A stretch of 64,000 nt of DNA from an uncultured Gammaproteobacteria bacterium (GCA_963849825.1 CAWKIK010000003.1:592813-656812); one strand, 5' to 3'. Counted from the first letter of the stretch, positions 1-9,870 are shown. Notes: generated by a model not told the origin, from the letters alone. Made by a program: numbers and translations.

Positions 1-87
1 TAATGTAGGACAACAGAAAATGCGCCGCCCAAATCAGCGGCGCCACGATAAGCAGCCAGAGACTTTCTTTTTGTTCCGAAAGCGGGT

Positions 88-2610
88 TCATGTGCTGTTC
101 ACCAGCGGAAAACCGGCCAGCACCGCAACGCTGACCGCGGCTGTGATGGCCACGAAGTGCCAGTACAGGGTGACGTTCGCGATGTCGATGTCATACCGCG
201 ACGTGAGCTTGCCGGCGGCGGCGCGCGCGACGCAGTAAAGCTGCATCACGATTCCGGCCGCGACGTGGGCCAGCACCCAGATCACGAATACCCATACCGT
301 TGCAGGATAGACGTGCCGGGCTGGTTGCATGTCGTAAACGAGCGGTCCGGCCACCAACGCGAGGGAGCCACCACCGGCGCACAGCACACCGACGGCCAAG
401 GCGAGGAAGAACGCGCTGCGCCCACCGCGCCCGTTCCAGTACCGCGCCGCGACAGTGAGCGCCCACGCGCTGAGCAGCAATGCTGCTCCGGTGACCGGCC
501 AGACCCAGCCCGGCCCGGCGGCGCCGTCAGGCGGAAAGTCTTCGTGAATGGTCCAATAAAAGAAATAACCGAACACCAACGCTGCGAATGCCGCCATGTC
601 GCCGACCATCGTAATCATCATCGCCCACCACCCCACCGATGGCGGTCCGGACGCATATAGGGGCAAGCTCAAGCCGAGGCCGACGTGCTTTTCATCCTTC
701 TCCGGTATCAATGCGGTGCCGGTCCACAGCCAATAAAGGATCGTCACCAACGCGAGCACGCCGCTGACCAGTGCCGGCCACCACCAGTGAAACGTGGAGA
801 AAATAAATACGCCGCCGGTGAACAACGCAGCGAACAAGGTCATGAAAGTCGGCCCTGGCACGCGCAGACATTGCACCGGATCGGCGTCGATGCTGGTAGT
901 GACCAGGGTCTCGCGTTTGCCTTCTTCCGCGTCGGCGAGATAAAACCGGCCTTCGTCCACATGTTGGACGAGGTCCTGCTGGTCCCACAGCGGATAACGA
1001 CTTTCGATAACGGGAATGGAGCGGGTGCCCCAAGGTTTGTCCGGCATCTCGCCCAGCCATTCCAACGTGCCCGCATTCCACGGATTGCGCTCCGAATAGG
1101 GCTGCTTGCCCTTGGGCCGCACCACATCCCAGACGAATACCAAGAAACCGGCGGCGACGATGAACGCCCCGACCGTGGAAACAAGATTCAAGGTGTCGAA
1201 GCCAAGCCCGGCCGGATAGGTGTAGACCCGGCGCGGCATACCCAACAGGCCGGTGAAATGCATCGGCAAGAAGGCGACGTTGAAGCCGACAAAAATCAGC
1301 CAGAAGGCGATGCGGCCGAGACGCTCGGAAAGCTTTTTCGCAGTGGCGAACGGAAACAAATAATAGAAGCCGGCGATCACAGGAAACACCATGCCGCCGA
1401 TCAGCACATAATGCAGATGCCCGACCACGAAGTAAGTGTCATGGGCCTGAAAATCAAACGGCGCCACCGCCACCATGACTCCGGTGAGACCGCCGAGAAC
1501 GAAGATCGCCAACGCCCCGGTGACATAAAGCATCGGCACGGAATAGACCACGCGCCCAGCCAGCACGGTGGCGAGAAAACAAAAGATCTGCACGCCGGTC
1601 GGAATCGCCACCGCCTCCGAGGCTGCGGAAAAAAAGCCCAGCGAGATCCCGGGCAACCCGGTGGTGAACATGTGGTGCACCCACAGGCCAAAACTGAGAA
1701 AACCGGTGCCCACCGCGGCCAATACGATCCAGCTGTAGCCGACCATTGGCGTACGAGCAAAGGTCGGCACGATCATCGCCACCAGCGCGATCGCCGGCAG
1801 GAAGATGATGTATACCTCGGGGTGGCCGAATATCCAGAACAGGTGCTGCCAAAGCAGCGGGTCGCCGCCGCGCGCCGGATCGAAGAACGGCCAGTCCAGC
1901 ATGCGTTGCAGTTCCAATAACAAGTCGCCGGCGATCAATGGCGGAAACGCGAACAAAATCATTCCGGCGACCACCAGAATGTACCAGGCATACAACGGCA
2001 TCAGATTGATGCGCATCCCTGGCGGTCGGCATTTGAGCACACCGACGATCAACTCCACCGCCGCGGCGATGGACGCCACTTCGATGAAACTCAATCCCAG
2101 CAGCCAGATGTCGGCGCCGACGCCTTCCTGGTACGCGGTGGTAAGCGGCGGATACATGAACCAGCCGCCTTCCGGCGCCGCGTTGAAAAAAATCGAACCG
2201 CACACGAAAACGCCGCCGATCAAGAAACTCCAATACCCATAGGCCGACAGCCGCGGAAAAGGCATGTCCCGTGCGCCCAGCATTTCCGGCATGATCAAAA
2301 TCGAGACTGCTTCGAACATCGGCACGGCGAACAGAAACATCATCACCGAGCCGTGTAACGTGAATGCCTGGTTGTAGAACTGCGGCGAAAGAAAGTCGTT
2401 TTCCGGCACGGCCAGCTGCATACGCATCAACAAGGCAAGCACGCCAGCGAACAGGAAAAAGCAAAACGCAGTGAGCGTATACCATGCGCCCACTTCCGAG
2501 TTGTTGACTGCCGACCAATAGCGCCAACCGCGGGGCATTTCCCATGCTTTGAGCAACCGGGCCGCGGATTCGCGCTGGCGTTTTTGCTCGGTGTCCTCGG
2601 CGCTGCTCAT
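88..2610 (-). CDS. ctaD: cytochrome c oxidase subunit I fused to a subunit III-like C-terminal domain
   Basis: 840-aa ORF with canonical COX1 motifs (WFFGHPEVYIIFLP, HHMFT, VGHLHYVL). A C-terminal ~250-aa polytopic extension resembles subunit III. The ATGA overlap with the upstream coxB gene indicates an operon. Confidence 0.9.
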   Translation of the reverse strand: MSSAEDTEQKRQRESAARLLKAWEMPRGWRYWSAVNNSEVGAWYTLTAFCFFLFAGVLALLMRMQLAVPENDFLSPQFYNQAFTLHGSVMMFLFAVPMFEAVSILIMPEMLGARDMPFPRLSAYGYWSFLIGGVFVCGSIFFNAAPEGGWFMYPPLTTAYQEGVGADIWLLGLSFIEVASIAAAVELIVGVLKCRPPGMRINLMPLYAWYILVVAGMILFAFPPLIAGDLLLELQRMLDWPFFDPARGGDPLLWQHLFWIFGHPEVYIIFLPAIALVAMIVPTFARTPMVGYSWIVLAAVGTGFLSFGLWVHHMFTTGLPGISLGFFSAASEAVAIPTGVQIFCFLATVLAGRVVYSVPMLYVTGALAIFVLGGLTGVMVAVAPFDFQAHDTYFVVGHLHYVLIGGMVFPVIAGFYYLFPFATAKKLSERLGRIAFWLIFVGFNVAFLPMHFTGLLGMPRRVYTYPAGLGFDTLNLVSTVGAFIVAAGFLVFVWDVVRPKGKQPYSERNPWNAGTLEWLGEMPDKPWGTRSIPVIESRYPLWDQQDLVQHVDEGRFYLADAEEGKRETLVTTSIDADPVQCLRVPGPTFMTLFAALFTGGVFIFSTFHWWWPALVSGVLALVTILYWLWTGTALIPEKDEKHVGLGLSLPLYASGPPSVGWWAMMITMVGDMAAFAALVFGYFFYWTIHEDFPPDGAAGPGWVWPVTGAALLLSAWALTVAARYWNGRGGRSAFFLALAVGVLCAGGGSLALVAGPLVYDMQPARHVYPATVWVFVIWVLAHVAAGIVMQLYCVARAAAGKLTSRYDIDIANVTLYWHFVAITAAVSVAVLAGFPLVNST

Positions 2611-3692
2611 TGCAAACCGTCCAGATAGGTCGCCAACGCCTGCAACTCGTTCTGCGCTAATAGATGAAAACTCGGCATGCGCACGCCGGGTTTCACTTCG
2701 CCAGTGCGTCCGATCCAGCGTACGAAGTCGGTGCGCGTGTTACCGAGCACGCCCGCGCCCAAGGTCATGCGACTGCCGACGTGGGTGAGATCGGGACCGA
2801 TTACGCCGTCGGCTTGAGTGCCGCGCACCGTGTGGCAGGCGCCACAACCGTTAGCCAGAAACAAGTCATGGCCCCGCGTCGCAATGGGGCCGGCGGCGGG
2901 GGCGGCGTCCTGGTTCTGGTGCTGCAACCAGACATCGAAGGCATCGGCTTCCATGACCACCACCTGGAAGTTCATCAAGGCGTGGGCCGTGCCGCAAAAT
3001 TCGGCGCAAGCGCCGCGGAAAGCGCCCGTACGGGTGGGCTCCAGCGCAAGTTCGGTCGTGCGCCCAGGGATCATGTCGACTTTGCCCGCCAGGGACGGCA
3101 CCCAGAAGGAATGAATCACATCGGGACTACGAAGGCGCAAACCCACTCGGCGGCCGACCGGCAACCGCAGTTCATTGGCCAGCTCGAAGCTGGCGCCTTC
3201 CGCGGTGCGATAGCGCACCCGCCACCACCAGCGCTCACCGGAAACGTCGATGCGCAAGCCGCCCTCAGGCGCAGGTGCACGCAGTTGCGGGATCAGTTGC
3301 AGCCCATAGACCAGCAGGCCACCCAACACCGCCGTGGGCACGACCGCCCCGCCGCCGACAATCAAACCGGCCGCCAAACGCGGACTGTGGGGATGTTGGC
3401 GCACGCGGGTGGCGTACACAGCCAAGCCGATCACCACCAGCCAGACTACGACCGCGCCGCCCAGCATCCACCAAAACAGCTCTGCGATCGCCTCCGCGCC
3501 GCGTCCTGCCCCGACCAACGCCGATTGCGGACCGTCGCAGCCTGCGAGCAGCAGCGATAACGCTGGTAAAAACCCGACGGTCCGCGCCGCCGCCATAGCT
3601 TCCGTCGTAGAATTTTTCTTGAAGATGGAGTCTTCCTCTCGCGCGGCTACACAGGTCCCGGACGGGAACGGTTGACGGAAACAAGCGCGCAT
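2607..3692 (-). CDS. coxB: cytochrome c oxidase subunit II with C-terminal cytochrome c domain (caa3-type)
   Basis: CuA motif HSFWVPSLAGKVDMIPGRTTEL...CAEFCGTAHALM and a C-terminal CGACH haem c motif. A likely internal start at 3596 (MAAARTVGFLPALSLLLAGC) gives a lipoprotein-type signal peptide. Confidence 0.85.
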   Translation of the reverse strand: MRACFRQPFPSGTCVAAREEDSIFKKNSTTEAMAAARTVGFLPALSLLLAGCDGPQSALVGAGRGAEAIAELFWWMLGGAVVVWLVVIGLAVYATRVRQHPHSPRLAAGLIVGGGAVVPTAVLGGLLVYGLQLIPQLRAPAPEGGLRIDVSGERWWWRVRYRTAEGASFELANELRLPVGRRVGLRLRSPDVIHSFWVPSLAGKVDMIPGRTTELALEPTRTGAFRGACAEFCGTAHALMNFQVVVMEADAFDVWLQHQNQDAAPAAGPIATRGHDLFLANGCGACHTVRGTQADGVIGPDLTHVGSRMTLGAGVLGNTRTDFVRWIGRTGEVKPGVRMPSFHLLAQNELQALATYLDGLQ

Positions 3693-4113
3693 TTCCTCTG
3701 CACTTGTATAGAAACTCCGCGGCCCTGTTCAAACGGGGAGGGAAGTCGGCTTAGCGAGCGGCCCGACCCGCGGTCTCGCCTTGGCGCTGCGCGCCCCGGG
3801 TGCCGGAGTTGCCGATATCGGCAACCATCGTCCAGCCACTTCCGAATTCTGGTTCCCGTTGCTGGGTACTGGGGTCGCGCTGGGCGGCTTTCCGTGGTTG
3901 GCGATGCCCGAGTATCAGTATAATTTCTCCGCTTTCCGATACTGCTCTTGTAGCGCTCGAAGCTGAATTCAGGCTCAAGGCGTTCGCCGCTTGGTTGCCC
4001 GGCCACCGCCACGTCGCGCTCGATAGTAACAGCCACAACTTTCCCGTTATTCATCCAGTCAGGAGTGGGCGACGATTACGGACTACACTTCTCCCGTCGA
4101 GACCATTCGATCG

Positions 4114-4698
4114 ATGCCAAAAGGTGCAACACAAATGAAGCTTCAATTGACACATGGACTGTGGTTGGGGGTGGCACTGGCGGTCACACTGCCGGCAGTC
4201 GCGCAGGATCAAATACGCAGCCAAACCCAATCCGCAACGCCGGAACAAACGCGCGGTCAGCAGATCTACGGTTATCAGCTGATGACGCCCGCTGAAGTCA
4301 GCGCCTACCGAAGCCGTATGGCCAACGCCACTACGGCACAGGAACGGGAACGCATTCGCACCGAACATCATGATCTGATGCAGGCACGCGCGAAGCAGCG
4401 CGGCATCACCTTACCCGAGCAGCCGCCGGCCGTCGGCAGCGGCATGGGTTCCGGCAACGGCATGGGTTCCGGCAGTGGTATGAGCCCGGGCAGCGGCATG
4501 GGTTCCGGCAGCGGCATGGGTTCCGGCAGCGGCATGGGTTCCGGCAGCGGCATGGGTTCCGGCAGCGGCATGGGTTCCGGCAGCGGCATGGGTTCCGGCA
4601 GCGGCATGGGTCCCGGCAGCGGCATGGGTTCCGGCGGTGGTATGAGCCCGGGCAACGGGATGGGTTCCGGCAGCGGCAGCAACCGCGAATCAAATTGA
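4114..4698 (+). CDS. periplasmic Met/Gly/Ser-rich repeat protein with LTxxQ-like N-terminal motifs (putative metal-binding, Spy/CpxP/ZraP-like)
   Basis: Signal peptide MKLQLTHGLWLGVALAVTLPAVA, then LMTPAEV and ITLPEQ motifs, then about 12 tandem GSGMGS units. Confidence 0.55.
   Translation: MPKGATQMKLQLTHGLWLGVALAVTLPAVAQDQIRSQTQSATPEQTRGQQIYGYQLMTPAEVSAYRSRMANATTAQERERIRTEHHDLMQARAKQRGITLPEQPPAVGSGMGSGNGMGSGSGMSPGSGMGSGSGMGSGSGMGSGSGMGSGSGMGSGSGMGSGSGMGPGSGMGSGGGMSPGNGMGSGSGSNRESN
4436..4680 (+). repeat. 18-bp in-frame tandem repeat (GGCATGGGTTCCGGCAGC)n encoding (GSGMGS)n
   Basis: Direct reading of near-perfect 18-bp units, with a few variants (GSGMSP, GNGMGS). Confidence 0.85.
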
Positions 4699-4803
4699 GC
4701 CAATTCTCGTGACGCCAACAAGCTGCGGGGCAATGTCCGGAAGCGAAGTCCGGCACCTGGGCCGGCCATAGGCCGCTTTTGATATGGTGGCCGCCGCGTA
4801 TCC

Positions 4804-5409
4804 TTGAAGCGCCGCGACGCACGTGTAATGTCAACATTCGTCGCTCATGCCGTGGCGGCTTTCGCCATCAGCCGCGCGGCGCCGCAACGACTCGGGCGGC
4901 GACGCACTGTGGTCTGGGCCGCGATGATGTGCGCCTGCGCGCCCGACCTCGACGTCGTCGCCTTCGCCTTCGGTTTTCCCTATGGCCACGCCCTGGGACA
5001 CCGCGGATTCAGCCACTCATTGCTGTTTGCCATACTGCTGGCGGCGGTGGCCGCATTCTGGCTTGCACGCCGCGAGCGGCTCGGCCGCGGGCTCGGCTTT
5101 GGTTTGCTGTTACTGCTGTTCGTTGCCACCGCGTCCCACGGTCTGATTGATGCCATGACCAACGGCGGTCTGGGGGTTGGATTTTACATCCCCTTCGACA
5201 ACGCGCGTTATTTCCTGCCCTGGCGACCGTTGGTGGTCCCACCCCTCGGCGTGGCGCCGATGTTCAGCGCCTGGGGGTTCGCAGTGGTGCAAACCGAGCT
5301 CCTGTACATCGGATTGCCGAGTCTTGTAGTCAGCTTTGCCGCCTGGTCACTCCAGCGTAACCGTCAAAGCACGGTTTCGAAACCCTCGAATTGGGGCGGC
5401 CCGAGATAG
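4804..5409 (+). CDS. membrane-bound metal-dependent hydrolase, DUF457/YdjM family
   Basis: Polytopic small protein with conserved His/Asp pattern (HALGHRGFSHS, HGLIDAMTNGG). The start is uncertain: TTG at 4804 or ATG at 4828. Confidence 0.55.
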   Translation: MKRRDARVMSTFVAHAVAAFAISRAAPQRLGRRRTVVWAAMMCACAPDLDVVAFAFGFPYGHALGHRGFSHSLLFAILLAAVAAFWLARRERLGRGLGFGLLLLLFVATASHGLIDAMTNGGLGVGFYIPFDNARYFLPWRPLVVPPLGVAPMFSAWGFAVVQTELLYIGLPSLVVSFAAWSLQRNRQSTVSKPSNWGGPR

Positions 5410-5666
5410 ATATCTTTCGCCGCGCCGGCTTGCGCATGGGCTTTGCGAAACGCTTCGGATTTGGTCCAGGCCTCGAACGAGGCGCGCGAATCCCACTCCG
5501 AATGGGAAGCGAACAAAGTGGCGGTCTCGTCGCTGGGCCCGCGCAAAAGTTGGAATTGTTTGAACCCCGGTACTCGATCCAAAAAGGTTTCCCGCTGGCG
5601 CCAGACATCGACGAATTCTTCTTCCCGGCCGCGGGCGACTCGAAAGCGATTCATGGCGATGAACAT
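5364..5666 (-). CDS. antibiotic-biosynthesis-monooxygenase (ABM) domain protein
   Basis: Start ATG at 5666 is supported by an AGGAG Shine-Dalgarno 6 nt upstream. The ~100-aa product (MFIAMNRFRVARGREEEF...WDSRASFEAW) fits the ABM fold. The longer track ORF extends to 5840 without support. Confidence 0.7.
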   Translation of the reverse strand: MFIAMNRFRVARGREEEFVDVWRQRETFLDRVPGFKQFQLLRGPSDETATLFASHSEWDSRASFEAWTKSEAFRKAHAQAGAAKDIYLGPPQFEGFETVL

Positions 5667-5782
5667 CGGTTGCTCCTGTGACAGGCTATGATGGCAGAAC
5701 GTCCAGCCTAGCCGACTGGCGTCACGCTCGCGACAGGAAGTAGCACCCTGAAACGCGTCGTTGATTACCGCACGCCGAGTCG

Positions 5783-6400
5783 GTGAAAATGACGCGCTCG
5801 CTCCCGAAAAACAGGGCCTCCTTGATGGAACCGTCGACACTCACCGGATTGGACGTATTGTTTCGCGCCGTGGGCAGCGCCGTTTCGTTGCTAACCGTGA
5901 GCGGCGTTATTATCGGCGGTATCGTCGGCTTGAGACGTTACCGCCATGGATTGAAAATCAAAGCCGGTGAACTGCTGCTGCAGATGGAACAGGAATTCCG
6001 CATCGTTTCGCCGACCTGCCTGATTTGGGAAACGAATGCCAGCTACCGCTCCCGGATCAAACCCATGCTGGACAAGAACGCAATCGACGCGGCCATGTCG
6101 GACGAGGAACTCAATCTGTTGCAGAATATCGATCGCTGTTTGCGATTCTTTTATCTCTGCACGGTGCTGCACAGCGATTTGAAAATCGAACGTGCGATCG
6201 TTGCCCGATCCTATTATTGGTATGCGAGTCTGCTGCTGGACAGCACCGCCCGTCCCGAACTAGCGCAATACGTGCGCCAGCATTACCGCCGGCTCTACGA
6301 ATGGTTGCAGCGGCACCAGCCCTGCTTTCAACACTATCGCGATACCGGCGAGTGGCGCGAATGCGATGCCCTGCCGTGTGCGCGGTCACAGCGCGGATAA
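5783..6400 (+). CDS. hypothetical membrane-anchored protein (one N-terminal TM, Cys/Tyr/Trp-rich C-terminal domain)
   Basis: ORF of 203-205 aa. Part of it (about 5990-6250) has locally lower GC. No recognisable family. Confidence 0.45.
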   Translation: MKMTRSLPKNRASLMEPSTLTGLDVLFRAVGSAVSLLTVSGVIIGGIVGLRRYRHGLKIKAGELLLQMEQEFRIVSPTCLIWETNASYRSRIKPMLDKNAIDAAMSDEELNLLQNIDRCLRFFYLCTVLHSDLKIERAIVARSYYWYASLLLDSTARPELAQYVRQHYRRLYEWLQRHQPCFQHYRDTGEWRECDALPCARSQRG

Positions 6401-6419
6401 CTGAGATGTCCGGGATACC

Positions 6420-6911
6420 ATGCAATTGAGCTATCGACGCCCGACTGCGCTCGACGATCTGCAACCACTGATCGCGCTTCTGGAGGACGACCTCGGTCCC
6501 GAATTCGAAAGATCCATGCGCGCCTGGTTCGGACTCCAACCGCGGCCCTATGTCCTCGACCGCTGGGAAATCCTGGTCGCCCGCGACGAGGCCGGCGCTT
6601 CGGATGTAGGCGTCTGCGGCTACTACCGCCAGCAGGGCGACCGCCCCGGCAGGTTTTGGATCGGGTGGCTGGGCGTCGTACCGCGAGCCCGCCGCCGAGG
6701 CATCGGGGCACAGCTATTGAACAAGCTCACAACCGAAGTGGCACACGCCGGTGGCAAAGAACTGTGGGTCTACACCGAACCCGATAACCAAGCTGCGATT
6801 GCGTTCTATCGCGCCAATGACATGCTGCCGCAAAGGCCGTTCGTCGATCTCGGATTGCCACAAGCCGCCGCCTCGCCGCGCAGCATTACGTTTTCCAAAG
6901 CACTTGGCTAA
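6420..6911 (+). CDS. GNAT family N-acetyltransferase
   Basis: Acetyl-CoA-binding motif WLGVVPRARRRGIGAQLL. Confidence 0.75.
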   Translation: MQLSYRRPTALDDLQPLIALLEDDLGPEFERSMRAWFGLQPRPYVLDRWEILVARDEAGASDVGVCGYYRQQGDRPGRFWIGWLGVVPRARRRGIGAQLLNKLTTEVAHAGGKELWVYTEPDNQAAIAFYRANDMLPQRPFVDLGLPQAAASPRSITFSKALG

Positions 6912-6935
6912 CCCTTATCTGCCGCCTGCCCTGAC

Positions 6936-7580
6936 ATGACCGAAATGACTCCGGAGCAATTCCGCCGCCATGTGATGGACGAGGGCCTCGATCGCAGCGA
7001 ACTGGACGCCGACCCGTTGCGGCAGTTCGAACGCTGGTATCAGGATGCCATCGACGCCCAGATACCGGAACCAAACGCCATGAGCCTGGCCACGGTCGCC
7101 GCCGACGGCCAGCCCTCCCTGCGCACGGTGCTGCTGAAACTCTACGATCACCGGGGCTTCGTGTTCTTTACCAACTATGAGAGCCGCAAGGCGCGCGAAA
7201 TCGCCGGCAATCCAGCCGTCGCACTGTTGTTTCCGTGGGTGGCACTGGGCCGGCAAGTGAAGATCACGGGTCGGGCGACCAGGATTTCCGTTACCGAATC
7301 ACTGCGCTATTTCGCCAGCCGCCCGCGCGGCAGCCAAATCGGCGCCTGGGCCTCGCCGCAGAGCCAGGTGATCAAAACGCGTGCCTTGCTCGACATCAAA
7401 GTCGACGAATTGAAGCGCAATTTCGCCGACGGCCACATTCCCCTGCCCTCCTTCTGGGGCGGGTTTCGCGTCTACGCCCAGACGGTTGAATTCTGGCAGG
7501 CGCGGGAAAGTCGACTGCACGACCGTTTCGTGTATCGGCGGCAGAACGAACACTGGCTGATCGAACGATTGGCGCCCTGA
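6936..7580 (+). CDS. pdxH: pyridoxamine 5'-phosphate oxidase
   Basis: Full-length similarity to PdxH (LRTVLLKLYDHRGFVFFTNYESRKAREI, FWGGFRVYAQTVEFWQARESRLHDRFVY). Confidence 0.9.
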   Translation: MTEMTPEQFRRHVMDEGLDRSELDADPLRQFERWYQDAIDAQIPEPNAMSLATVAADGQPSLRTVLLKLYDHRGFVFFTNYESRKAREIAGNPAVALLFPWVALGRQVKITGRATRISVTESLRYFASRPRGSQIGAWASPQSQVIKTRALLDIKVDELKRNFADGHIPLPSFWGGFRVYAQTVEFWQARESRLHDRFVYRRQNEHWLIERLAP

Positions 7581-7670
7581 ACACCGTCAAACCGGAGATG
7601 GCAACCCCGCGGTTTACTCACGGGTCTGGGGCAGGCATGCTAAAGACCCGATTTGCTATAGGAGTATGCA

Positions 7671-8066
7671 ATGAACCCAAGTGGCGCCAGCTCCATAGGC
7701 AAGCTCATCCTTCGTCTCACCTTGGGCATTCTGATTCTGCTGCACGGCACCGATAAACTGTTGCACGGGATCGGCCCCATCGAAGGCATGGTAACGGCTG
7801 CCGGCCTGCCGGCATTTTTCGCCTTCGGCGTGTACCTGGGCGAGATCCTGGGCCCCGTGCTGTTGATTCTCGGTTTCTATGCCAGGGTTGGCGCCGGCCT
7901 CATCGCCTTCAACATGTTGGTGGCGTTTGCACTGGTGCATCGGGCCGAAATCTTCACGCTCAACCCGCACGGTGCGTGGACGTTGGAGCTGCAGGGCATG
8001 TACCTGTTCACCGCCCTGGCACTGGTTTTCTTGGGCCCCGGCCGGCTGAGCCTCAACGGTCGTTGA
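7671..8066 (+). CDS. DoxX family membrane protein
   Basis: 131 aa with 4 TM segments and the DoxX-like LLRLTLGILILLHG motif. Confidence 0.75.
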   Translation: MNPSGASSIGKLILRLTLGILILLHGTDKLLHGIGPIEGMVTAAGLPAFFAFGVYLGEILGPVLLILGFYARVGAGLIAFNMLVAFALVHRAEIFTLNPHGAWTLELQGMYLFTALALVFLGPGRLSLNGR

Positions 8067-8105
8067 TCTTATCGGCGGTTACCGGCCGACGCCTTCGTCC
8101 TCGAC

Positions 8106-8729
8106 TCAGCGCCTGGCGCTGAGTTCGGGCTTTTGCAGCGCCTTGTTCAGGTCGCCACGCAACTGAGCGAACACCTTCCGATAGGCGTCGATCGAGGATT
8201 GCCTTACCGCGGATTTCATCGCGAATGCGCCGCCCCAGAACATTTTTCCACCCTGCGTCGCCCCGGTTGCGGTGTAGCTGTGATCGAACAGCTGCTGATG
8301 GTCGGCGCTCAAGGCTACGGCGCGCACCATCACCGTGGCGTGGAAATCGGCGAATGTGTAACTGGGTACGGACAACTCCAGTATCAGCGGCCGGTCCTCG
8401 AGCTTGGCGTCGGCGACTGCATCGACGCAACGGTACTGCACAAACATTTGCGGCAACTCGATATCGGCGACCTGTTTGAGCATCAACCCCGGCTCGGCAT
8501 TCCAGCTGTGGGCGATGCCGGTCATGAAGGAACGGATCTCAACCTGATCGTGCAACGTCGCATCGTCGATCACCGCCACCACGCTGCGGCTGTAACGCTG
8601 AGTATCGATCGCGTAGTGAGCATCCTGAAATGCGACCTGGTGGGCGCACCCGCCCAGCAGTAGTGCAACGATCAACAAGGCAAGCAAAGCCAACCCGCCG
8701 CCGTTGCGCGGCCGAAAACGCCTACCCAT
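8106..8729 (-). CDS. hypothetical lipoprotein
   Basis: Signal peptide plus lipobox (LLGGC). No family recognised. Confidence 0.5.
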   Translation of the reverse strand: MGRRFRPRNGGGLALLALLIVALLLGGCAHQVAFQDAHYAIDTQRYSRSVVAVIDDATLHDQVEIRSFMTGIAHSWNAEPGLMLKQVADIELPQMFVQYRCVDAVADAKLEDRPLILELSVPSYTFADFHATVMVRAVALSADHQQLFDHSYTATGATQGGKMFWGGAFAMKSAVRQSSIDAYRKVFAQLRGDLNKALQKPELSARR

Positions 8730-9121
8730 GTGCCCCCCTTTTCTTGTCCGGTATAGAATCTCAGGGCTCAGAATAACCCTGCTCAGCCCGTGGTTCTAGG
8801 GCCGACGACATCAGCGGGCCGGTCCCGTCGATCGTTGGCGACCCGGTAATGCGGTTGCGCAGGCCCTTTGCCTTCTTCCAGACCCTGGTCATAAGCGGTG
8901 GTGCGGGCGCTCGTTACGAACAAGCGCAGGTACAGCCGGCGCGCTATTTCGCAACGTGCCGATGGCTTGGATCGGCGCGACCGGCCCGCCTCGGATACCG
9001 GGACCCCCCGATGACCCCCCTGGACCGCCGGTGGTCGAACGTTCCATGAAGCGCCCTACCGAACCTAATGGCGGCGTATCCGGTGGCGGTCCGGACAGGG
9101 TTCGCGGCCCCAGTCAGCGTT

Positions 9122-9150
9122 TTGACACTCGCCGCACAAATCTGTAACAT
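9122..9150 (+). promoter_or_regulatory. sigma-70-like promoter candidate (TTGACA, 17-bp spacer, TAACAT) in an unusually AT-rich spacer upstream of the DUF202 gene
   Basis: Perfect -35 at 9122-9127 and a 4/6 -10 at 9145-9150, followed by an AT-rich tract through 9177. Confidence 0.35.
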
Positions 9151-9259
9151 ATTATTTTCTATTCAATTTTTGTATCCGGGTTTCTATCCTGCTGTTAGCT
9201 GCGCCGTGCGCGACTGGGCGCCGGGATGGAAGCCGCAACTTTCGACACGGAGGGTAATT

Positions 9260-9613
9260 GTGATTGATGACCCCTATTCGGAGTTCAAGCGCGAACAAAT
9301 GATTCTGCGCGATTGGCTGGCATTGGACCGCACCGTCCTGGCCAACAAACGGACGTTTCTGGCCTACGGCCGTACTTCCATCGCCCTCGTCGTTCTGGGC
9401 TTGGCGTTGGTGAAATTTGTCCAGCACGACGCAATGGAAATCGCCGGCTTCTGTCTGATGGCCTTCGGAATCCTCACTTTCATTGTCGGTCTGCGCGAAT
9501 ACTGGACCAACCAGGCCCGTTTCAAGCGCCTGTTGGCGGTGGAAAAGCACATGGACCGCGAACGGGAAGACGGCGAGGCCGGTGGCGAAGCGGCTGACCG
9601 GCGCGTTTCCTGA
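9260..9613 (+). CDS. DUF202 (YidH-like) inner-membrane protein
   Basis: GTG start at 9260 preceded by GGAGGG. DUF202 motif MILRDWLALDRTVLANKRTFLAYGRTSIAL. The longer track ORF from 9068 is unsupported. Confidence 0.65.
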   Translation: MIDDPYSEFKREQMILRDWLALDRTVLANKRTFLAYGRTSIALVVLGLALVKFVQHDAMEIAGFCLMAFGILTFIVGLREYWTNQARFKRLLAVEKHMDREREDGEAGGEAADRRVS

Positions 9614-9684
9614 GTCCCGCGGCGCTCTGCGCAGCCGGCGCTTCCCGGTGCTGGCTGCGGGGCGCTGCACGGCTCTGTCCGATC

Positions 9685-9693
9685 CTGTATAAT
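9685..9693 (+). promoter_or_regulatory. extended -10 element (TGTATAAT) upstream of infA
   Basis: TGnTATAAT at 9685-9693. The -35 is weak. Confidence 0.25.
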
Positions 9694-9870
9694 AAGTCCA
9701 GATTTCGGCGTATTATCATTTCGAATCAGCAGGTTGAAGTTGGCTTTGGCCTGCCCCGCGCTGTTCTCAATTCGGTTCGTCTCATCATCTCGAGCTGAGT
9801 CCCACAACGACATGGGCATCGATGCGGCCCGGTTTGCCGGCGACCACGATGCTGGAGGAAATACGCAATT

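Noticed and set aside
685-2545. Track ORFs inside the ctaD locus: 685..1920 (+, 411 aa) and 1454..2545 (-, 363 aa)
   Set aside because: Off-frame and antisense to the unmistakable COX1 gene.
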